Shown here: positions 22,701 to 30,390 of the stretch, piece by piece
Layout of the letters: every line of letters begins with the position of its first letter
How positions within the stretch are numbered: the stretch's first letter is position 1
Source: a virus
Virus record (IMG/VR): IMGVR_UViG_3300028844_003294
Coordinates: 8,153-72,152 of that record
DNA: 64,000 nt
Reading direction: 5' to 3' (one strand)
Made by a program: the position numbers and the translations under genes
The notes under the pieces: model-generated
What the model was told of the DNA's origin: nothing
The model's database searches: none
Seen by the model: the letters and a program-made list of their open reading frames with translations, nothing else

Positions 22701-25700
22701 GCTGTGACTTTAATATTTAGAACACTACCGGGTAAATCACCTTGATATGTATCCTCAAAATCTAGAGTACCATACTCGACAACTTCAATTACTGAATTCT
22801 CATTTAATTCACCACCTGGTAATTTTGACACATCATAGAATGTAATAATATTATTACTACCTGACTCGCTTACAATATAACCTGCAACACTACTAGTTTC
22901 TAGTGCATCGTCTAATTTCTGTCCGTCAATGAAAACATCTAAATGCGGATATATTCCGTTTATAACTGTTCTGTTATCAATATCAATTAAATTAGTATTT
23001 GATACTCCGTCACTGACTGATGTTGGTACAAAATTAAATGATATATTACCTCCTGTTGTTCTACTGGTAGGTCTTATAGTTGTTCTACTACCTTCATCGA
23101 ACACCCAATCATTGCCTGCTGAAGTTATGTTGCCGTCAACTGTTGCTATAATATCACTTTGTGCAGTACTGTTAGCAGTTTCAAAACTATATCGTTGCCT
23201 TGGTTGATATCTTCTTTCTTCTAATAAGAACTTGTTTGTGATATCATCAACAATAGCACTATTGCCCTGTCCAGAAAGTTGAAAATCATTACCTTGTATT
23301 TCTAGCAAATAATTGGTTGATGTAGATGTTGTAATTTCAACTGCTCTTGCTACAATATTAGCATTAGTGTTTGCAGTACTGTTGATTGCATTTGCAACAC
23401 CAGTAAGTGTTGTAACACCCGATAAATCAATAAATGTATTTGCATTACCGCTAGGTGCAAAATGGTCTGTGATATGGATACCTGTTAAGGCATTTGCAAA
23501 TGTACCTGAACCAGATACATAATCACTTGATATTGCATAAGGCTTACTAAAATATGTTGTAAGGTTTGCTGTAAGCAACTGTGCCGCAACTACTGTTACA
23601 GATGGGTTTATAGTATAGCCATAACCTTTTTCTGTAACTGTGACGTTGCTAATTGTTCCATCAGTGGATAAATTCACTATGGCTTCAGCAGTAGTACCTC
23701 CACCGTATGAGAAACTTCCTGGAATCTCTGCAGGTGGTGGTTCTATTTCAAGTATTGGTTTTGTATAGAATTTTGTATTTCTACTTAATACTTCTACATC
23801 ATCAACAATACTAACTATATTTTCTGGGTATACAATTTGTACTAATGTTTTTTCACTTTTAATCTCGTCTTCATCAATTTTAACATCCAGTCTCTGTTTA
23901 TTACCAGTGTCACCAAAATCACCAATTTTTAATGCCCATTGATCAAATATACTTACGTTACCAGGAATAAACACTTTGTCACTGTTTAACAAGATTTCTA
24001 AACTGTCTTTTGTACCTTTGTTTCTGATCATACCTTGATAGAAATCAAACTGGTTATCATCTACTAATTCAAATTCTCTAAGATATTTTCTTTCTTGATA
24101 ACCATATTGTCTTCTACTTGCATCATAAACTTGTTTTTCTACTGGCATATAACCTATTTCGTTATATCTGCCAATGTCACTTGCAAGTGTATCAAAGTTT
24201 GGTTTTAATCCATTGTCAGTGATTATGAAACCTTCACTTGATAATGTTCCGTTCCAATTAGCAGTTCTCTTGCCTTTAATTTTTAAACGTTTTTGTCTTT
24301 GATTAAATACTGGATCATAAATTGTATCGCCAAATTGCGATTTGTTGTTTACAAGCATACTATGTTCTAATTCATTAGTATGTAATGTAATACCATAAAT
24401 TTGTACTTCTCTATCAATTGTTGCGATCGTAATAGAATTACTTTCTCTAACAATTTCACAATCCCGAGGAGAAACCATTTTTCCTTCTTGATCTAATATA
24501 CTAAATTGTCCTTTATAAGATTCTTGAATTCGATTTATTCTACCTGTAGTAGTAGCAAACGATACTTTGTTTGCCATAGGACTAAGATTTAATGTATTAC
24601 CTGTTGACCATTTACCAATGCTCCAGAATAAGAACTGCTTACCTGAATATAACCAATCGTTTATATCATTTATTTCTGTGCTAAATTCACCAAAATCAAA
24701 TCCTATTGATTTTTGATATCTGCCTAAACTGGTTAAGAAATCAAATAAGTCATTTACATTATAATAAACAGTACCGTATTCTACTCTTTCAACATTACCA
24801 GTTCCATCTAGATAAAATGTTGCTTCTGCTCCGCCTACGTTTGGCAATGCACTCATTCTTTGCCATACTGTTGTATCGGTCACTGCCGTACCTGCAGAAG
24901 CAAATGCTACTGCTCGATAATAATTGTAACCTGATTTAACTATGTTACCTTCGTTGTATTGTTTAGTTGTATCGTAATTACTAAAGTTTGCAGGTTCGCC
25001 GCCTACTGATACTTCTGTTTTTCTGCCTTGTTTATCACTAGGAATAATATCAAAGTATCTTTTTAAACTGCTGTATCCAGAAACTTTATATCCATTATTT
25101 GAAACTTTTTCTATAAGCACACCTGTATAATTGTTTGTTGTTGATACAGGACCTTCATGGATATCAATTTGTAAATCTTCTTGAGGTAATATTAAACTTG
25201 AACTATTACCTGTTGTACTATATGTATCACTGAATACAGTCATTGTATCTTTATCAATAAATCCAGCAAACTTATGTCCTAGTTTACCGTTGACAGATCT
25301 AAATGGTTTTGCAAATATAGATGTATTATTAAGGCCCTGGAATCTCAAATAAGAGTCTATGAATTGTGTATAACCAGTGTTAGTACATAATGTTTTACCG
25401 TCTGCCTTTATGTCGCCGTGTACAATAGCATTTTTGACTTTATATCTTTTGTTTGTATTTTTATCAACTAATTGGTTGGTGTTTGCAGAAACTCGAATAA
25501 GTTTTTCCGGTTCTGCAAACACACTGGCAAACTTACCTGGCTTGGTAAGAAATAGTGATTCTATAATTGCAAATGGATAATATTCAGAAATTTTCCATGC
25601 ATTCTCTACTGGAGCACCGTCACTAAATTTCCAATTGCTACTTGCTAATGTTGAGTTAGCACTATATACTGTTGACTCTGAGTTGTCTAACGAATATGAT

Positions 25701-28700
25701 AGGGTACCGTTTGTATTTAGAGTTTGTGTACCAATTAAATTGTTTGCTAAGTCTGGTGTATCTATAAACTTGCCACCAACTGTATAAGGATATGCTGGTT
25801 TGCTGTTTGCATCTATTGTTGCAACATAATAGTATGTTCCTGCAGGATATTCTGGTGTAACACCAAAACGTCCATTAAACTGATCAAGATCACCACTGCC
25901 TGGGTTATACGCATAATCTTCAATAAATTCACCTGTTGGTAAACCTGTTGCACCACTGGCTATATCAGATCTTACATCACTTCTTAGTTCGTAACTGCTT
26001 TCTATTCTTTTAATAGCACTACTGGCATTTGCACCATCAGTGTAGCCGTATGGACCATAAATTGGTAATCCGTCAAATGCCCATCCAACAATTGGTGAAT
26101 GACTGTCAGTTGCCCAACTAGTCAATCCAACTGTTTGAGGACTAGGTTGTACATATCCGTAAATATTATTACTGTCTGGTGAACCACCAGCAGTATCTCT
26201 GTCAACATCATTTCTAAACATTGCATTGTAGTGCCAGTTACTACTATCTTCAAAGATAATACCTGTATTACTGTTTGTAATCATTGCACCGTTTACTGCT
26301 ATACCTATTGCAGTATTGCTTGTTGATGTTGCATTTGCATAATCATTATAATATGCTAAATTTCCTGTTGCTATACCTGTAGCAAATTGGAAACTGTAAT
26401 TGAATTCTGAGTCTACAATTTCATTTGTATTATTTGTAGACGGGAATGTTCCAGTGTCGTGTCCTGGAATATTATTTGTTGTAACATTTATAAATGTGTT
26501 ACCTGAATTATTGTATTCACTTATTGATAAACCGTCAGTAGCAATAAATGTATTTGCATTTGCACTAGGTGTTCCTGTAACACTCTGTGACCAAGAAATA
26601 CTTTTTGTTGTTGATGTAGTACTAATAATATTAGCAGGTGGTATTAGGTTGCCTTGTGCATCTACAGGTATTTCATATTTTAATCCAATTCTTCTAAAAG
26701 GATTTTTTCTAGTTTTATATCTATCATTTTCAATATTGGCTCTAGTGCCTTGTCTAATAATACCTTCCTCTAAATCTTTCCATAAGTCAGTGTTAGTTGA
26801 ACCATAGTCTGTACCATACTGTTCTTCCCACCATGTTGGTTTTTTAGTGAAGCCTAGCATTTCCCATGGGTGTGTATGAGGTTTTTCTGTATCGTAACAA
26901 CTTTCAAAAATACCTCTCCAATAAGCAGGTTTTACAGTATTGCTATTGTAATTCCATGTCCAAAAATCATCTTCTTTATAATATTCATTTGTAACAAAGT
27001 CTACTTCGTTTCTTGTAACAAATTTATTAAAACTTTCTCTTAAAATATTATAAAAGTCGTTTCTTGAAAATCCTGTTGTTCTGAATCTACCTGGTCTAAT
27101 GTCAAATACATTTAAGTCAGGATGTGATTCCTTATCTTTATAAACTTGTAATATTGTATTGTAAACTCTTCTTTCAAACTCTAATAATATTTCATCTTCT
27201 TTGTCGTTTACTGCTACATGCTTACTACCATCATGTCCAAGTACTACATTTATTGGCTCATTGAAAGTAGTATCCTTAAATATTTCTGGTTTTGTTACAG
27301 GATACAGACCCATTGCACTTGGTGTGGGCGGACATTGAGCACTTTCTCTGTTTGTATTAAAGAATCTTGCTTTTATTGTACTACCTAACGATAAAGTATA
27401 ATTATCAGTAAATGTTAAAGTAACAATGCTGTTATCACTGTTTATGCTATAGTCAGTATCAATCAAAAGCATTTGATCTTTACCTTCGCTATCTGTTTCG
27501 TAAATGTAAACTACATTTTCTACTTTAGTCAAATCGCTATATCTAGATAAGGCATATTCTTTTTGATTTACGTTATTGATTACAATAGTTTCTTCGTCGT
27601 ATCTATCACCAATTGCTAACATGTAACTATAGTCAAATACTAGTTTGCCTGGATTGTATGCTATAACATTTTGTATTACAAGTTCTAATATATCGCTGTT
27701 TGTTAAACCAATTATATCGTTGCCATCAATGTAACGTTTAATCTCTTTTCTTAATCTGTTTTTATACTTAATATACTCTTCTGCATTATATCTTATTGCA
27801 TCGATAATATTAAAGTTATCATTGCTAACTAGGAAAGCCGCAGTTTGCAAGTCATCGTCTGACTGTACAATTTTGTCTGCATATTTTATTTCTTTTGTTA
27901 GATTACTAAAGTTATTACTTCCAAGAGGCTCACCTTCAATGTGCTCTTGGTTGTTTATTAAATTTTTAAAATGTTCGATGTATTGTGGTTCACTGATTTC
28001 AGATATATCTACTTTATCAGTGTTCGAATCCCAACTTAGAGGTATTTCATATCTACCAGTTCTGTTTTCACCTAATATATGCCCAGTACTTGTTTTTGTT
28101 TTAATATCAATTACATCATTTAATTTTAACTCAAAACTTGCAAACTGAATAGCAGTCAATACACTATTATATGTGAACGCCTTAGTACGTTTACCATTGA
28201 TATAAACTCTTATGTCATTGCTATCTGTGGGTGTTGCTGATATATTATAAATTACAGTTTTTGCATCTACAAGATCTTGAGATATTTGATATCTATCTTC
28301 GACTACTTGTTCGAAAGGAGTGTTTTGTCCTCTCCACATAGTTCTATATTCTATGTTACCGTTGCTTAATCTTTGCTTGTAATACAAGTATCCATTTATG
28401 TAAGAGTTTGTTGTGCCACCAAAGGGCACATAACTAATTACGTCAGAACTTAAATTGTTGTTAAAAACAATTTCGCTGAAGTTATTAAAGTTTTTATACT
28501 CTAGAGGAAATCCTAAAACACTATCATTCTGTGTATTTGACGTTGCATCTTTATAAGAAAATAATTTTGTTCCTTTAAAAGATGATTTTGGGTATACCAA
28601 ATCATCATCGACAATATTTCTATTACCGTCATATGCTTTAAACAATATAGGACTGTTTACCCTAGTTTTCTTTTGACCTAATATCCATTTTTTTCCATTC

Positions 28701-30385
28701 CAAAAATATTCTGTACCTTGATTTTGAGAACCAAACAGAATAGAAATACTATTACCAACTTCAGGAACAAACGGTATAAAATTACTATCGCCGTCTACTG
28801 CACCTACAGGGTTATTGTCTGCTGGTTTTCTTTTAAGTATAACTCTATCACCAAATGTAATGCTTTGCTGATCTGTAAGTGTTACATTTGCACTAGTTGT
28901 AATTATTTTAGAGCTAGTATCAATATCTTCAACTTGCACAGTAGTACTAATGCCATTGCCTGTAATAGTTGAATATAGATAAATGTCTGATATGTCGTCA
29001 ACAATAAAGGTTGAACTATTTGATACACCACCTACAACTGTTTTAGTTGTTGATGCTTTTACAACATAAACATATTTTGCATTATCTTCTGTATCATCTG
29101 GTATTAAAACTAAATTTTCTTCTTTGATGCCCTGACTGTCAATTGGTGCTGATATTGGCCGGCCTTCTATTTCAGCCTTAGTATAACCTGCGGCAGATAA
29201 ATCAGCATTAAAGTTTAGACCTAGATTACCAAAATTGTATACTTCTATATCTCTATCAAATTCTAAAATAGGTCTTTTTGCTCTGAATTCTTTACCTGGT
29301 AATTCAGAGCCCGAATCTATGAAATTGTTTTTATGATGCCAAAAGTTTATTCTACTCCAAATATTTTTATCTTGTGCACCACGTTGCATAAGAATGTAAT
29401 CTGGTGTTTCCTGAGTGTTACCACCATCCCATGGTTCATTGTCGAATCCATATAATCCATCGTTTATATAAACCAAGAAGCCGTCTGCTTCTGAAACGTA
29501 GCCTTCCCAAAAAGGATTACCGTTTAAGTCTATATCTTGTAATGAATTGACTTGTACTGTGGACTGCTCACCTTCTGCATCAAAGTAGTAATATAAACCT
29601 GTACTAGTATCAAGATAACCATGTGTTGTAATAATACTTTCTGATACTGCACCTTGAGGTATGTCGGTTAAAATTAAGTTAGATTCACCTGTTATTATTT
29701 CTTGATCCCATGGAGAAAAAGAAGGAGTTGAAAAACTTGCTGAAAAATTTTGTTCCTTATTATGTAAAATAATACTGTCGCCAACACCTTCAACAATGTA
29801 TCTATCGTCTTTGTATGTTTGAGGAATCACATAGTCACCTGCAAATTCCACCACTGCACCATTTTTAAATGTATAACCTGATGGATCAGTAAATGTTTTT
29901 TTACCAATAATATCTTTTAAAATGTTTATAGGTTGACTTGCTGTACCACTAACTACTATTGCTTGTGGTCCTTCTGGACTCCAAAAATATTCTTGGAAAT
30001 TTACAAATTTATCTTCATCAATGGGAGGTAACAAACTGTAAAAGTTTGAACTGAATAAATTGTTTTGGTTTTGTGTATCGACACCATAACTTTTTAAAAC
30101 ATTTAAAAAGTCATCGTAGAACATTAAATTAGTACTTAATCCTGTTAGTTGATCTACACTATTGACTACTGGTTCTAAACTATATTTTTCTCTGTTAGGT
30201 GTGCTCTGAGGAACATATACATCTGTATCTGGGTTATAGTCGTCGAACTCTTTTCTTCCAATATATGCAGACAAGTTTTCAACATTTGCTTTGCTGAATA
30301 ACTGTTCTACTGTACTTTCGAAAAAGTTTTTAACAGTAGTTGTCTGAATATTCGTTGGTAAGTCTTTATACTTTTTATCAGCCAT
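13751..30385 (-). CDS. Giant baseplate/tail structural protein (5544 aa) with a YHYH-like domain
   Basis: Uninterrupted 16.6 kb ORF downstream of gp6; HSPIVGWAFDGLPIYGPYG and DLDQFNGRFGVTPEYP.GTYYY motifs, a Pro-rich hinge, G.GY repeats and a C-terminal ERIEY...RGTRGT. Confidence 0.85.
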   Translation of the reverse strand: MADKKYKDLPTNIQTTTVKNFFESTVEQLFSKANVENLSAYIGRKEFDDYNPDTDVYVPQSTPNREKYSLEPVVNSVDQLTGLSTNLMFYDDFLNVLKSYGVDTQNQNNLFSSNFYSLLPPIDEDKFVNFQEYFWSPEGPQAIVVSGTASQPINILKDIIGKKTFTDPSGYTFKNGAVVEFAGDYVIPQTYKDDRYIVEGVGDSIILHNKEQNFSASFSTPSFSPWDQEIITGESNLILTDIPQGAVSESIITTHGYLDTSTGLYYYFDAEGEQSTVQVNSLQDIDLNGNPFWEGYVSEADGFLVYINDGLYGFDNEPWDGGNTQETPDYILMQRGAQDKNIWSRINFWHHKNNFIDSGSELPGKEFRAKRPILEFDRDIEVYNFGNLGLNFNADLSAAGYTKAEIEGRPISAPIDSQGIKEENLVLIPDDTEDNAKYVYVVKASTTKTVVGGVSNSSTFIVDDISDIYLYSTITGNGISTTVQVEDIDTSSKIITTSANVTLTDQQSITFGDRVILKRKPADNNPVGAVDGDSNFIPFVPEVGNSISILFGSQNQGTEYFWNGKKWILGQKKTRVNSPILFKAYDGNRNIVDDDLVYPKSSFKGTKLFSYKDATSNTQNDSVLGFPLEYKNFNNFSEIVFNNNLSSDVISYVPFGGTTNSYINGYLYYKQRLSNGNIEYRTMWRGQNTPFEQVVEDRYQISQDLVDAKTVIYNISATPTDSNDIRVYINGKRTKAFTYNSVLTAIQFASFELKLNDVIDIKTKTSTGHILGENRTGRYEIPLSWDSNTDKVDISEISEPQYIEHFKNLINNQEHIEGEPLGSNNFSNLTKEIKYADKIVQSDDDLQTAAFLVSNDNFNIIDAIRYNAEEYIKYKNRLRKEIKRYIDGNDIIGLTNSDILELVIQNVIAYNPGKLVFDYSYMLAIGDRYDEETIVINNVNQKEYALSRYSDLTKVENVVYIYETDSEGKDQMLLIDTDYSINSDNSIVTLTFTDNYTLSLGSTIKARFFNTNRESAQCPPTPSAMGLYPVTKPEIFKDTTFNEPINVVLGHDGSKHVAVNDKEDEILLEFERRVYNTILQVYKDKESHPDLNVFDIRPGRFRTTGFSRNDFYNILRESFNKFVTRNEVDFVTNEYYKEDDFWTWNYNSNTVKPAYWRGIFESCYDTEKPHTHPWEMLGFTKKPTWWEEQYGTDYGSTNTDLWKDLEEGIIRQGTRANIENDRYKTRKNPFRRIGLKYEIPVDAQGNLIPPANIISTTSTTKSISWSQSVTGTPSANANTFIATDGLSISEYNNSGNTFINVTTNNIPGHDTGTFPSTNNTNEIVDSEFNYSFQFATGIATGNLAYYNDYANATSTSNTAIGIAVNGAMITNSNTGIIFEDSSNWHYNAMFRNDVDRDTAGGSPDSNNIYGYVQPSPQTVGLTSWATDSHSPIVGWAFDGLPIYGPYGYTDGANASSAIKRIESSYELRSDVRSDIASGATGLPTGEFIEDYAYNPGSGDLDQFNGRFGVTPEYPAGTYYYVATIDANSKPAYPYTVGGKFIDTPDLANNLIGTQTLNTNGTLSYSLDNSESTVYSANSTLASSNWKFSDGAPVENAWKISEYYPFAIIESLFLTKPGKFASVFAEPEKLIRVSANTNQLVDKNTNKRYKVKNAIVHGDIKADGKTLCTNTGYTQFIDSYLRFQGLNNTSIFAKPFRSVNGKLGHKFAGFIDKDTMTVFSDTYSTTGNSSSLILPQEDLQIDIHEGPVSTTNNYTGVLIEKVSNNGYKVSGYSSLKRYFDIIPSDKQGRKTEVSVGGEPANFSNYDTTKQYNEGNIVKSGYNYYRAVAFASAGTAVTDTTVWQRMSALPNVGGAEATFYLDGTGNVERVEYGTVYYNVNDLFDFLTSLGRYQKSIGFDFGEFSTEINDINDWLYSGKQFLFWSIGKWSTGNTLNLSPMANKVSFATTTGRINRIQESYKGQFSILDQEGKMVSPRDCEIVRESNSITIATIDREVQIYGITLHTNELEHSMLVNNKSQFGDTIYDPVFNQRQKRLKIKGKRTANWNGTLSSEGFIITDNGLKPNFDTLASDIGRYNEIGYMPVEKQVYDASRRQYGYQERKYLREFELVDDNQFDFYQGMIRNKGTKDSLEILLNSDKVFIPGNVSIFDQWALKIGDFGDTGNKQRLDVKIDEDEIKSEKTLVQIVYPENIVSIVDDVEVLSRNTKFYTKPILEIEPPPAEIPGSFSYGGGTTAEAIVNLSTDGTISNVTVTEKGYGYTINPSVTVVAAQLLTANLTTYFSKPYAISSDYVSGSGTFANALTGIHITDHFAPSGNANTFIDLSGVTTLTGVANAINSTANTNANIVARAVEITTSTSTNYLLEIQGNDFQLSGQGNSAIVDDITNKFLLEERRYQPRQRYSFETANSTAQSDIIATVDGNITSAGNDWVFDEGSRTTIRPTSRTTGGNISFNFVPTSVSDGVSNTNLIDIDNRTVINGIYPHLDVFIDGQKLDDALETSSVAGYIVSESGSNNIITFYDVSKLPGGELNENSVIEVVEYGTLDFEDTYQGDLPGSVLNIKVTANDALAAKLKQIRTFEITPDVKTDSTILIDVDDGTRMIHRPTDMATNDLWPTTSSVSHLGIVDSKYTPLPNAGYISKYNVNYQAMDLQNFEQLFDRATRKASKIPQANDLIHFAIDEHSDFNAYQLVDTNCNVAYVEGDLNSQSISLFTNKSLMQFTDGNRENTANNINKYYDNVVAFKRDKNIYNAYYDKMSYADGEKIFDDTIMDLTTPVGLFFNEEQVVKNSFDVTDITYTRPMVLGIEKIEPNVSGNVLNIQPHALFNEGIVANANIVGNNIVEISIVTTQETVDGTVSFSNQFSGLTNGSYVNFVDTSGGNLNGNNYEISNLNVTAFTTNGTQSSTANTSVPVISEVSGTVTNSKTVTLLEANTDIRNGMSVLGTGVENNTKVNQISGTTITLSQNANISSGANITFVSQSVIYTTTESSTTTFTIEDATVSSNVSTANLTIGKTDGLIVTTDFDTTTLTRGDDVKIQNAGLFEGVHRIKDITVNGVANTISIPGDYVAPLSITSTFTGVDTANIQLATANSSITDGMLVTGGNVAANCKVLYIDAGGNIILSSNADSSANSSITFTEDRFGNATLVDNYVTVTFTEDHDLTIDSAGQDTILEHVVNIGYAEPGYYNWAWRAKGVPTANTLLVQGYGYDHPVPVTYTTTFTGTGNSIVIASENDFVQKFVSVSGGDVASGTKVVSVDGTTVILDGNADSSANNSITFSANAVSEKQYLEYGNSAQLTVGNPEGNAYLSSTHKGKIFINGMPVATAFPMYSSQQYVDDINYQLQIKQGAVAFCGSIQISIPFITPALKAAARAAALNAANRTGLQNFAGLGQVPAGTINPKLQGKQHTLRNSYNYAGLAQRVLNGGQHSFVDPNPGNSGNVTTSGPSAPVPVPLSGGGLTFGGGSSTPPTQSPTYNPPPPPTTVVNTIQAPGSSGNYASAGTNGTSFADFSPIIDITQNDTPCPPPPPVPPTPPVPPVKMVTQFISNTKGRGVTETTRFKFATDDNNGAGWPIKILFDMYSAKDKMTVYQGTTAGSTGRTLAGTGVAGTLSQLTDTDKTEYNRIRTGSNNTQFSGGIQDYTTHGNGFVKENGKLSFTYYPANGQYITIKLEKDGSTSTAYNFAIEYPSDDGVPLQGSVASVGNPSNNANPGVIANGAGPWGNGFIPPGGLQIGGGYGSGFNGVNTTFNFSGVNIAGIGAGTFSYNTQYQAGLTNGYPSYNANTAGWSPTLGWVDINGNAWSGTLISGPQAQLTNTNPGNQGQGNTNHIGLTGHTPTGGTTNTSQIPVCTPKPRIKVCGQTKSVGQGDTFYINGTSVTLSGATSIDAIANEIRSQVTSVTVHVTPDGLGDKCLTIRNKTADPMVVRNGCAGGVYKEVLDYTLQKDQQMCFNKEVVQGPTTLTNTASGSGNATIVGTSVASFTTDTITPEERLANNDKQSICLTKGSGYAVGDVLRVMGGTPVVGLPSSELQSITVNNGGFGYVKDSIRVVIGQTGEPGTGALVDYSGIEVDGSGAITKIPLASGGDGYSMDNPPTITIIGTGRNASVSAKTKVEHPAVEKPARFVVNGVGPDGEITDIQIITRGIYKIFPSDLDSGVPLEYDIKRPQSGTPDSEILGSSGHIDNAYGDAANKGAGFGARIFLTAREIPSCSEKGNALTDLGLPNGVIYATTPEQQLADDISLFSELDENGNPLFAADVVYRDADGNIIPSDANLGDDGLGNSGLGRGGVPNGAMIGELVLSSPTLMGIEIDDNLNPGLLDILGVLPGTYYCGPGIEVTNNDGSGVNPAISVQQMADGFPFNGAAGRGVRNKPWQNGWNFNMNLGNITQSQDMFKYDITTITGDAIQFTRDDVDRQYVKPLVLESMRHDTESGLDLANISNAWIDSYGTTGGWAYLESNTVIRQQEKLADIKFVKDVFTYDEDTAQKEFELNLYDPFKGIIPGFIDKEIIFKSENDPVVYNPAYTKFGKEQVGATWWNTSKVKYEWYEQGAGTYDIYGYNNEERIRNWGSMFPNSKIEIVEWIESLLTPEEFNLQNISNGVQALTPSDGSAPNFILETRANDKGKLTDYYYFWVEGKTTVDAKAFAHYGRERSTVELVNLLSNPEGQRLPYFAMVSPEAMGINMLGDLIKTENSILSLNYTRRPEKHSQQHTSWQLASEGDKNSSIPSELSVKLIDSLAGINGLGEDVPAKGLSEAERYGSSYRPRQTMFKYIKEARKQMFNSLNSIFKELKMDSTFDDWRNSLPTTLNYLDTVNWFEELRTDKVTNSKIYYNSDYKPLRKVATTKQLELLKNVLDRSVIQVQSNSNSKYSLYEYSKSTDTFKLIAIEDETVEWNEKVYKEQQSNPIAEEIRSVLLALYNNVFVGSSRVYWNRFFFDMVKYAYSEQTELNWAFKTTYLNIVKEETDLVPLKGFKVDNFDKAIDYFNEVKPYSSKIQNYSDIKKPATEIVSGTSTDFDRPPYFDSETIDVRVLDDSVSADANILATDSTYAGFVSSNAPIRSVDTKIVFDRVKADLFENSSGMQTQTFVASTDIDALSLNFVPSEADRIVVKRNDEVVPTISTNLNSSIGIAPDGNIITSPGGNISTTNYTFDSANNVIVLNKTGNSEFQTVSAGDVIEVSVIDGFDPTKETINVSIAKNIVSIMQNSNANISNTQLSWTASDRLFKFDPEIISQFTHDMESTFGEGVLTNATVMTNVNTITSMVDSGNLDNTFSLVKTKIGGDFQGRQLDASVFTDIVPGTHPTTYYTNTRGFDFYSWDSEVWDREVDVENFIGILNEETQGNVNYRVDNETVYGFDAVTFLKSRHGPDRPEELAVVQPLETLVINVHTSNADIETLPGVSTSKSIRYRMFMDLFGKTDFYRQTLTGLTTVSANVNIWENEISVADVSVLPDGNESNKGIIWIGAERIEYTGVDTANNKLLGVVRGTRGTTAQPLIESGAQIFNGEESQNIALQGARDPQIANWLGQDGVSITDTTNSPTTDTIIGFIQNV

Positions 30386-30390
30386 TTATT

